DNA of 64,000 nucleotides from Coleofasciculus chthonoplastes F2-STO-03. Lineage in GTDB: Bacteria > Cyanobacteriota > Cyanobacteriia > Cyanobacteriales > Coleofasciculaceae. Under the pieces are notes generated by a model. That model searched no databases. It had not been told where the DNA came from and worked only from the letters and a program-made list of their open reading frames with translations. The DNA lies in contig JAVJWO010000211.1 of the NCBI GenBank assembly GCA_040222015.1, positions 29,011-93,010 on the forward strand, read 5' to 3'. Position numbers and translations under genes: made by a program. The first letter of the stretch is position 1. Each line of letters opens with the position of its first letter. This document shows, in pieces, positions 20,013 through 28,232 of the stretch.

Positions 20013-20213
20013 TCAATCCCGCCTTAAATCTCCTCGGTCATCACTGGGATCATTGGGCATTTGCGGTGTTACGGCTGGATTGTCTACGGTTTCCTCAGCA
20101 TCGCGATCGGCAATATAACCGGGTTTCATGGCTAAATCCTTTGGGTCAACGGTTGGAGTTTGCTCTGGAGCCTTTTCCTGTTCCGGCGATGTGTTATTTG
20201 GGTCTGAACTCAT
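20013..20213 (-). CDS. Small acidic hypothetical protein
   Basis: 66-aa ORF with ATG start; hydrophilic, low-complexity composition. Confidence 0.55.
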   Translation of the reverse strand: MSSDPNNTSPEQEKAPEQTPTVDPKDLAMKPGYIADRDAEETVDNPAVTPQMPNDPSDDRGDLRRD

Positions 20214-20416
20214 TACAGCCTAATCGTTTCAACAGCTTTACCTTAACCCCTTTCATCGGCAAAACTGTACTATCGCAAGGCAGAAATTCTACCTTCTTGC
20301 ACTAGAAACCGGGTTTCTCGTGAGGATAACAACTCCATATCAACCTTTCACCCCCAGAAACCCGGTTTCTTGACCGATGTCCTACACGCCAAAGTGCAAA
20401 GAGCATAACACAGGTG

Positions 20417-21070
20417 TCAGAATAGACTCCAACTCTGATTACCCCCCATGTAGTTGAAGAGAATAAAAGGAAACCCCACAAGATAGTGGGCAACTACAGG
20501 ACCAGAAATACTTCTGAACTTCCAGTAATTTTTCCCCCATAGCCAGCCCAACAGCCAGGTTCCAGCAACGATTAAAACACTACGAAAGTAAATGTGAGAG
20601 AACGCAAAAAGACTGGCAGAGCAAAGTATCACAGCTCTCTCATGAGAGCCAATTATTTTTTCTAAAACCAGGAAAGCGAATCCTCTCCATACCAGTTCTT
20701 GAAATACCGACATGCCAAAATACCAGCCATAGTAACCGAACTCTAGATACAGAGAACGAGGGTAACCTAAAAACCAAGGGAGCAAAGCCAAAAATATCCA
20801 ACCTAACAGAAGTAGGGACAAAGTAGAGGGCAGTATCTCACGTACTGATGAAAGCTCTAGCGAAAGCCCTAGTTTATGTGGAGCAACTCTGTTTATAGAC
20901 ACATAGCTTATCATGACGACTGTTGGAAAGCCGCCTAGGGTGAGAAAGAAAAACTGTCTGGTCAAAAAATCTGAATAGAGCAGCACAGAGGGCATAACAA
21001 AAGCAATGAACAATAGCCATATTTCTGGTTTTAATACTTTTATTTGTTGTAGCCATCTGAGTTTAAACAC
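20417..21070 (-). CDS. CPBP (CAAX protease/Abi) intramembrane metalloprotease
   Basis: QELVWRG, SASLFAFSH and VVAHYLV motifs; GGAGGG RBS before the GTG start. Confidence 0.8.
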   Translation of the reverse strand: MFKLRWLQQIKVLKPEIWLLFIAFVMPSVLLYSDFLTRQFFFLTLGGFPTVVMISYVSINRVAPHKLGLSLELSSVREILPSTLSLLLLGWIFLALLPWFLGYPRSLYLEFGYYGWYFGMSVFQELVWRGFAFLVLEKIIGSHERAVILCSASLFAFSHIYFRSVLIVAGTWLLGWLWGKNYWKFRSISGPVVAHYLVGFPFILFNYMGGNQSWSLF

Positions 21071-21092
21071 AATTAATCCCTCCAGCTAGCGA

Positions 21093-21540
21093 TAGTATTT
21101 AAAAAGCCGTATTGAAACAAATTACCTCCTGTGAGCCTTCATCTATCCTTCTCCACCCCTTGCTCTGATACCAGTCGCTTCGGCGATTGGCGCTCAACGG
21201 GTTTGTCGGTGGAGTTTTTTATTGGGGATGGATATCGCTGGATAGAACAGGGTACAGCCCAAACTAGAACCCTATTTAATTCTGACGCCGAGCATTTAAC
21301 AACCATCAATCCAAAACCTGATCACAACAGCGGGAGGTACAGGCGCATCCAAGCCGTACCGATATAGGACAAGAAAACCATACCGTTTTTCAACTCCCCC
21401 GCTCTGACTCAAATAGCAGCGGGGTTTCTTATACCAAGGAGTAAAAAGCGTGACGAATGTAACTGAAGGATTAAGGCGCTCCGTGGTGGTGTTCTCCAAG
21501 AACTACCTACCCATCAGTCGAGTCAATATGAAGCGGGCGG
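21093..21540 (+). repeat. Diverged direct-repeat copy of 31894-32342 (promoter -10, structured leader, first codons of the HNH gene)
   Basis: Colinear alignment from TAGTAT to ATGAAGCGGGCGG. Confidence 0.93.
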
Positions 21541-21671
21541 GTATCTTTGCTCCCCCCAGCTTCCCCAGCTTCCCCTGCACCCTACCCCCCCACAAAACTT
21601 ATTCAGCAGACCCGAAGTAAATCAATCTAACTCCCCCATCTCCCTCATCCTCCCCAGCTCCCCCATCCTCC

Positions 21672-22742
21672 CTAATCTCTCACCTCGCGCACGGTTATTG
21701 AAAAGCCATCTCCCAACTTAACGGCAATCAAGTCATAGCATTGCTTTCCCCTATCCGTTTGCCAACCCAATTCTTGTTCGAGTGGTTCTCCGGTTTCCAC
21801 CACCTGCACGAACTTTTCAAGCAATCCTGGGGCGAGTCGATTCAGCAGTTTCTTTTGCCCTGATTTACTCGTAAGTTCTTCTCGTTTTTTCCCCAAGAGT
21901 TTGGCAAAGACGGGATTAACCAACAGATAGCGAAAGTCCACGATTTCTCCGGTGACTAAATCCCTCACCGTTTGCAGGGCGGCAATTCCATCTCTAGAAC
22001 TGTTCAACAAACTGGTGAGGAGGGCGCGAGATTGGTAGAGAATTTCTGCGGTTTGTTGATGTTTCTCGATTTGTTGTCGGAGTTCGTATTTTTGCTGTTG
22101 CAGGGTGAGGTGAGTTTGGATGCGGGCGATGACTTCTTCGGGTTGGAAGGGTTTGGTGATGTAATCCACTCCCCCAACTTGAAAGGCTTTGACTTTATCG
22201 AATATTTCGTTTAATGCACTGATGAAAATAATGGGAATGTCTGAAGTTTCTTCGTCGGCTTTCAGGGTTGAGCAGACTTGATAGCCATCAATATCGGGCA
22301 TTTTAATATCCAGTAAGATGATATCCGGGGGGTGATTGCGGACGGTTTTTAATGCCATTGTGCCGTTGGTTACGCGGCGGACTTTGTACCCCTGTTTGGT
22401 TAAGAGGTCGTTTAAAAAATGCAGGTTTTCGACGAGAGCGTCAACAATTAAGATATTGCCTTTGGGGTCTTCAATGTGGTAATTATTGCTTTGTTCTAAG
22501 AGTAAACGGCGGAACTTATTTTTGGTGACTTTTTCGTCGAGTAAGTCGGAAAGACGTTTCCATAATTGGGAGGCTAAATCTTTAATATGCCCCACGCTCA
22601 TGTATAAGCGATCGGCGACGGTGCTGTAGGTTTCGTTGTCCCAGGCGGCTTTGAGGATTTCTTTTTCTGGTGCGGTGAGTTGTTTATCGGTTTTAGCTTG
22701 AAGGATAGATTCGACAAACTCTAGGGCTTCTTCAAGAGTCAT
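21672..22742 (-). CDS. Response regulator with N-terminal HTH, REC domain and C-terminal PAS-like domain
   Basis: MTLEEALEFV...EILKAAW...HIKDLASQLWKRLS (HTH); ILIVD, DIILLDIKMP, DYITKPF (REC). Confidence 0.88.
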   Translation of the reverse strand: MTLEEALEFVESILQAKTDKQLTAPEKEILKAAWDNETYSTVADRLYMSVGHIKDLASQLWKRLSDLLDEKVTKNKFRRLLLEQSNNYHIEDPKGNILIVDALVENLHFLNDLLTKQGYKVRRVTNGTMALKTVRNHPPDIILLDIKMPDIDGYQVCSTLKADEETSDIPIIFISALNEIFDKVKAFQVGGVDYITKPFQPEEVIARIQTHLTLQQQKYELRQQIEKHQQTAEILYQSRALLTSLLNSSRDGIAALQTVRDLVTGEIVDFRYLLVNPVFAKLLGKKREELTSKSGQKKLLNRLAPGLLEKFVQVVETGEPLEQELGWQTDRGKQCYDLIAVKLGDGFSITVREVRD

Positions 22743-22961
22743 GGGCAGTTACGATATCATCTTATCAATGTTTTTGATGCTTGCACCCCGGTTTTTATTT
22801 TAGCTGCTCATTTCTAGAAGTTCCAACCCTTAATGAAGGTCAACCCTTCTTTTTTAAGCTTTTGGGGGAAAATACGGAGAATAAATACGCCGTTGACGTA
22901 GATAAATGTATTACAGATTTGGTGATTGAATGAAATACATTCCAGGACGTGTCTAATAGGA

Positions 22962-23155
22962 TATAGTAACCACCATAGCGGTTAGGTTAGGACGCATCAT
23001 TTTTAGGACTTACGCTTTCTTTACGGCACAGGCACGGCAATGCCGTGTCCCTACCCTAAATGGCGTTTGTGCGTAAGTCCTGATTTTGTAGAGACGTTGC
23101 ATGCAACGTCTGGAACAACAGTTTGTTTCTCCTAATCGATGTGTCTACTACTATA
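22962..23155. mobile_element. MITE with TATAG(C/T)A termini, containing a nested GGACTTACGC-type MITE (23004-23083)
   Basis: Outer element matches 58016-58121; inner element matches 27762-27854. Confidence 0.7.
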
Positions 23156-23265
23156 ATTGCATGGCTGCTACCTGATTGGGTTGAAAATGTATGTAATACG
23201 GATAAGTTTTTCGTCTTACATACGGATGTGTTTTAGTGCGTGATATGGCATTCAGTGGCAACGAG

Positions 23266-23330
23266 CCGACTTTTCCAACTTTATGATCCGACTTTCCCGA
23301 CTGACAGGGGCTAGGGCGGGGAGCCATGAT
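23266..23330 (+). promoter_or_regulatory. CCGACT-box promoter, copy A (upstream of sigma gene)
   Basis: CC(G/A)ACT at 23266, 23275, 23288 and 23297; CTGACA-N18-CATGAT; near-identical copy at 28015. Confidence 0.6.
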
Positions 23331-23715
23331 AGAGACATGGAAAGGATGCAGCCTCTTGCCAAAGAGCCACTGAATCCAATCCTTAGCCGGATAAATACGG
23401 CGTCAAAGCTAGTAGATGTTCGGCAGAAAAATAATGTGGATTTGGTTTCGTCGTCGATAAAAATCCATTCTGATCGACAATTCATCAGCAATTGAACATC
23501 GGTAATTGAAAAATCTAAGCTGAGTGTAAACTTACTACTCAGCTTAGTAATAATTCATCCCGATAATAACAACCAACGTAGTAAATGGAGCGCAGGCGAA
23601 ATCATACCGCACTGGACTATATTGGGGCGGAATTTTGGATGCAAGAAAAAAGGAACAGAAGCCTGTTCCTTGATAGTTTTCACAACCTATTGGGTTCACT
23701 ACCAGTTTTTAAGTC

Positions 23716-24576
23716 ATGTCAAATTCTCAATCAGCTAGTGCATCAGGCATTCGGGGTTGCTCTGAAGAGTTAGAGAAAGCATTTTGGCAGCTATGGCAGC
23801 AGAATCGAGATTATCTTTACCGTTGCTGTCTCAAGTGGATGGGTGGGAATCCTACTGATGCGGAAGAGGCGCTCAGTCGGGCAATGCTCAAAGCTTGGGA
23901 TAAATTGCCGGATCATGCCGAAAAAATCACTAATTTCAGAGCTTGGCTCACCCGATTAATTCATAATCTCTGTATCGATATACACCGAGAACGTCGCCGG
24001 AAAGCCATGCAAATGGAAAGTATTGAAGAAATAGCCGCTAGAGACAACTCAGCGGTTATTTCTTGTTTGGACTCTCCTGAATTAGCACTTCTATATCATG
24101 AGTTTGGACAGTACCTTCGCCGCGCTATCGATACTCTTCCTTCTCGACTACGCACTCCGTTTGTTCTGCGTTACTACCACCAGATTTCCTATCAAGAGAT
24201 AGCCCAACAACTCGCCATCTCGCTCGATAACGTTTACAAGCGCATCCAACAGGCACGAGATATTCTGCAAAAGCGTTTGAGTAGGTATTTTTCAGGGTTG
24301 GGTGATTCTTTGTTCGATTCCCCCCAGTTCAATACTGCAAGGGATACCTCTCCCCCAACCCCTCTCTTTGTAGGAGAGGGGTGTATTGCTCCGGCTTATC
24401 TAGGGGGGGTTAAAGCCAGATGTGAGCAATCTGATGAAACGAGGATATCCGATTTGACCGCCGCGATCGCTACCGAGTGCATGAACGAGACAATTAATTA
24501 TCACGTCACAGCATCATGTCTAGAAACACTGCACTACGGATGGTATCGCTCACTCTCTCCTCTGGGGTGGAACTGA
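23716..24576 (+). CDS. ECF-like (group 4) sigma-70 factor with C-terminal extension
   Basis: Region 2 DAEEALSRAMLKAW...FRAWLTRLIHNLCID; region 4 LPSRLRTPFVLRY...SYQEIAQQL...VYKRIQQARDIL. Confidence 0.92.
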   Translation: MSNSQSASASGIRGCSEELEKAFWQLWQQNRDYLYRCCLKWMGGNPTDAEEALSRAMLKAWDKLPDHAEKITNFRAWLTRLIHNLCIDIHRERRRKAMQMESIEEIAARDNSAVISCLDSPELALLYHEFGQYLRRAIDTLPSRLRTPFVLRYYHQISYQEIAQQLAISLDNVYKRIQQARDILQKRLSRYFSGLGDSLFDSPQFNTARDTSPPTPLFVGEGCIAPAYLGGVKARCEQSDETRISDLTAAIATECMNETINYHVTASCLETLHYGWYRSLSPLGWN

Positions 24577-26282
24577 ACGCTTACCTGGTTTTAGACGAAA
24601 AGCCAATCCGAATTGACCAGAAGCTGAAAACATTAAGTCAGTACGTGCAACAGTATCCCTCTGGATGGAAGAAACGGTTGGAATTGGCGAATCTGCTATA
24701 CGCAATGGGTTCCATTGAGCAGGCGGTTGAGGAGTATCGCCAAGTGATTTCGCGGCAACCCCTATTGATTGAGGTACGGTTGAAGTTGGGGAAACTCTTA
24801 CAGCTCATGGGACAAGAGGTTGAGGCAATAGCGGTTTATGAGAGTGCCTTGCCCTTGGTTCGCAATCAGGCGACTCGGCAGCATATTGGTGGATTGATAG
24901 CCGTTTGTAGAGGTGACAGTCAGTCAGCAAGTCAGGCTTTTGAGTCAGCGGCTTCCCTGGAACCTGACAATGCGGCTCACTGGCTGGCGTTGGGGCAGGT
25001 GCAGATGGGGAGGGAGGATGGGGTTGCAGCTTTGCGAGTGTTTGATACGGTTTTGTCACTGAACCCGGATGATATTGTAGCGCTGATTGGCAGCTATGAT
25101 GCGAGTCGGGCAGTGGGGAATGTTCGGGAAGCGCAGCGGCGGTTGAGCAGAGTGCTAGAGTTGGCTCCTGGTGATTTCCGGGCGCTCAAACGACTGGCGG
25201 ATATTCGTTGCCGGACGAGATTGGTATCCGGTGAAGAGGGGAAGCAAACCAAACAGATCATTAGTTGTGTTCTGCAACTGGCTCCTGATGCGGCAGATGC
25301 CCATGAGTTACTGGCATATTATCACCTTTTCCGAAAGGAGTGGGCGAAAGGGGTAGGGGTGTTGGAACAGTTTACTAAGGAACACCCGAATAATCCGAGG
25401 GGTTGGTATTACTTTGGGCGGTGCTTGTTCCAGATGGGGGAATATCAGAGGGCGGCTGAGGTGATGCTGAAGGCTTATCGTCTGTATCCCCAAGATTGTG
25501 AAATTTATCGGGCGTTGTGTGAGATTTTGCCTGTAACCTCTCCATCTACCCCTCTCGATCCCCCCCAGCCCCCTAATCCCCCCTGCTTGGTAAGGGGGGA
25601 CGTTAGAAACAGGGGGGAGTCAGAGGAGGCAACGCTTTCTAACTGCACGGGGGGAACTCCTCTCAAAGTCCCCCTTTTTAAGGGGGATTTAGGGGGATCT
25701 AACCGTCAAGTAACCCTTGCATCAATAGTAAAAGAGATGCTGGAGCGGTTTCCTGAGCGCTGGAGTGTTTGGACGACGGCGGGGCGGGTGCTGGTGGAAA
25801 GCTTTCAGGCAGTTGAGCGGGGGTGTAGTGTCTCTCTTCAGGGAACGCAACTTCAGCCGCAGTTGCCGGATGCTTGGTTTTGTCATGGGCGGGTGTTGGC
25901 GCTGGCGGGGAAATACGGAGAGGCGATAGAGGCGTTGCAGCATGGATGGCAGTTGTTGCCCCAAGAGGGGAGTTATCTGCAATCGGTGTCTGCGGCGGTG
26001 TGGCTGGGGGAAAGTTATCGGGTGTTGGAGGATGAGGTGGCGAGTCGGAAATGGTTGGAGGAGGCTTGTCAGTTTGCTCAGGAATTGATGGAGTTTGACC
26101 CAGCGATGGCTTGTTACTGGCAAGGGAGAGCGTTGTTGGGGTTGGGAGATATCAAGGGCGCAGTAGAGGCGTATCGAAGTGGGTTGAGTCAGCGGTTGCT
26201 CTACCCTTTTCGTGGGGAGGTTGAGTCGGCTGTGAAACGGTTGAAAGGTAGGGGACGAAAGGGTTCTCGTGCTAAAGCGTAG
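24516..26282 (+). CDS. Tetratricopeptide repeat protein
   Basis: Multiple TPRs (AHWLALGQV, GWYYFGRCL, AWFCHGRVL); overlaps the sigma gene 3' end. Confidence 0.9.
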   Translation: MSRNTALRMVSLTLSSGVELNAYLVLDEKPIRIDQKLKTLSQYVQQYPSGWKKRLELANLLYAMGSIEQAVEEYRQVISRQPLLIEVRLKLGKLLQLMGQEVEAIAVYESALPLVRNQATRQHIGGLIAVCRGDSQSASQAFESAASLEPDNAAHWLALGQVQMGREDGVAALRVFDTVLSLNPDDIVALIGSYDASRAVGNVREAQRRLSRVLELAPGDFRALKRLADIRCRTRLVSGEEGKQTKQIISCVLQLAPDAADAHELLAYYHLFRKEWAKGVGVLEQFTKEHPNNPRGWYYFGRCLFQMGEYQRAAEVMLKAYRLYPQDCEIYRALCEILPVTSPSTPLDPPQPPNPPCLVRGDVRNRGESEEATLSNCTGGTPLKVPLFKGDLGGSNRQVTLASIVKEMLERFPERWSVWTTAGRVLVESFQAVERGCSVSLQGTQLQPQLPDAWFCHGRVLALAGKYGEAIEALQHGWQLLPQEGSYLQSVSAAVWLGESYRVLEDEVASRKWLEEACQFAQELMEFDPAMACYWQGRALLGLGDIKGAVEAYRSGLSQRLLYPFRGEVESAVKRLKGRGRKGSRAKA

Positions 26283-26299
26283 ATACCTCGAAAAAAATA

Positions 26300-26347
26300 G
26301 CCTCTAACTCGAAAAATTCAGAAATTGACCTGTGGAATCGTCTTATA
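26300..26347 (+). promoter_or_regulatory. ECF-promoter-like motif, copy 1
   Basis: GCCTCTAACTCGAAAAATTCAGAAATTG-N8-AATCGTCTTATA. Confidence 0.6.
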
Positions 26348-26894
26348 GGTGTAGAGACGGAAGACACTCACCTTGATTTAATTCAGGAGTCGAGAGAACA
26401 TCACTCCTTTAACCACATTCCGACTACTTGCCTAACCTCTGCTATTTAGTATTTAAAACAGCAGAAATACTGAGAATTAATCCGAGCTTTTTATTTTTGA
26501 GTTTGGGTTAATTTTCATTTGATCACTTTAGATATTTAGAGTAAATTAAAGTTTATGTAAATTCTAGATTTTAACCTTGACATTTATATTACTTGTCAAT
26601 TACCTTTAAAAAAGGTTGAAGATAAAAACTCAACCGACAAAACAAGTAAACCTAGTAAAAAAGGAGAGAAAGGAAGATGTTTATTCGTTGGTTCCGTAGG
26701 TTTTAAAAATCAATTCTGATCGGAAATCCATCAGTAATTGAAAATTGATGTAGGGTGGGCACTGCCGTCAGCGCCTACCCTACATCTTTTGTTGCTGACC
26801 TCAACTCGATGACAAAATTTGGTGCAATGGGTAGAAATTAGACTTCTCGTGCTTGAAGTAGGTTTGATGGGGTGCATCGAGTTGGGAAAAAACT

Positions 26895-26942
26895 GCCTCT
26901 AACTCGAAAAATTCAGAAATTGCTTTTTGAAATCGTTTTCTT
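26895..26942 (+). promoter_or_regulatory. ECF-promoter-like motif, copy 2
   Basis: GCCTCTAACTCGAAAAATTCAGAAATTG-N8-AATCGTTTT, ~40 bp before the GAGGAG RBS and ATG of 26979. Confidence 0.62.
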
Positions 26943-26978
26943 AATGTAAGGAAATCGACTCTAAAAAGAGGAGAAAAA

Positions 26979-27518
26979 ATGCCCCTAACACCATTGAAAC
27001 AAATTCAGCAAGACACATGGCTTCACTGCGGAGGAGGTCCTGCACGCAACGGTGTTTGTTACTATATGTGTAACTTCATTGAGAGTGACAAAGGTCCTTG
27101 GAATAACCCAGGCTCGTTCGCTAATGCAGTCACAGCGGCACAAAACTTTGCAAGTGGGACAGCAATGATGAATTACGCGAAAGCGCAGAACTTAAGAGTA
27201 GCTCCACAACAACAATATCAAACTGTGCCGGGCGCATTAGTAACGAACCGTATATACCGCGCTGGGTTATGGGTAGGATCTAACCCGCCAGCTTCGGGAG
27301 ATGGGAACCACGAAATAATAATTGTCACCGGAAATAACGACGACATAATTTATTTTGAACCCAACTTTGGGTTCTATCAAGCAAGCAACCCTGGGTTTAA
27401 CAATCGGCAAGCCTTGGAGTATTTCATTAACCAACAATACACTGGAACGCCAGTGGCTAACTTCCGCTATTACAATGTGCGAAGTAACTCCTCAGCCACT
27501 CCGAAGGGTTTTAACTAA
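26979..27518 (+). CDS. Putative YopT/peptidase C58-like papain-fold enzyme
   Basis: NGVCYYM (Cys), GNHEIII (His), IIYFEPNFGFY (resembles the C58 FFDPNFGE motif); strong RBS. Confidence 0.62.
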   Translation: MPLTPLKQIQQDTWLHCGGGPARNGVCYYMCNFIESDKGPWNNPGSFANAVTAAQNFASGTAMMNYAKAQNLRVAPQQQYQTVPGALVTNRIYRAGLWVGSNPPASGDGNHEIIIVTGNNDDIIYFEPNFGFYQASNPGFNNRQALEYFINQQYTGTPVANFRYYNVRSNSSATPKGFN

Positions 27519-27880
27519 CGAGGAGAGATCAAGCGAAAGCCCAAACTACAGGAAGAATAATAACGCAGATCGCACTTGGTAGAGTTTGAGAATAGGGTGA
27601 TCGCTTGTCAGAATTATTAGTTAGGAAAACAGGGGGGCAATTGCCCCTCTTTTTCATTTGAAGGAAGGCGATATCCTGCTCTCAGGGAAGTTGAGGAAGC
27701 TGCGAAACAATTAGAACCTATGCTGTCGAAGGCTTCTCGTTCTTGAGGTTAGTTTCACTGTTAGGACTTACGCAGCTGCTCTAGATGTAGGGTGGGCAAT
27801 GCCCACCTTACTACTATGCATAGTGTTAAAAAAGTAAATTTGCGTAAGTCCTGACTGTGTACATTGAGTTAGAGAAAAAA

Positions 27881-27928
27881 GCCTCTAACTCAAAAAATTC
27901 AGAAATTGATGACTGAAATCGTCTTATA
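27881..27928 (+). promoter_or_regulatory. ECF-promoter-like motif, copy 3
   Basis: GCCTCTAACTCAAAAAATTCAGAAATTG-N8-AATCGTCTTATA. Confidence 0.6.
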
Positions 27929-28014
27929 AGTGGACAGGCGAAAGGAAGAAAATCCAATCACTCCCCTGCCTCCCTGCTCCAAGAACTCCCTCACCTCCTT
28001 CTTCACAGAACAAT

Positions 28015-28079
28015 CCGACTTTTCCGACTTTACGATCCGACTTTTCCGACTGACAGGGGCTAGGGCGGGGAGTGATGAT
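28015..28079 (+). promoter_or_regulatory. CCGACT-box promoter, copy B (upstream of ABC gene)
   Basis: CCGACT at 28015, 28024, 28037 and 28046; CTGACA-N18-GATGAT. Confidence 0.6.
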
Positions 28080-28232
28080 GGAGAAAAGAATGCAGTCTAT
28101 CAAACAGATTATTTATGACTAAAAATAACTGTAGGGTGGGCATTGCCCACCCTAATTAATAAGAAGGCTATCCAAATTAAGACTCCCAAAGTAAAAGTAT
28201 AAATTGTGCCTCTATACTAACTCCCCTAACCT

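Noticed and set aside
26300..27928. Triplicated motif as integron attC sites or CRISPR repeats
   Set aside because: There is no RYYYAAC...GTTRRRY hairpin in the right order and the spacing is 0.6-1 kb. The fixed-length variable spacer fits a promoter better.
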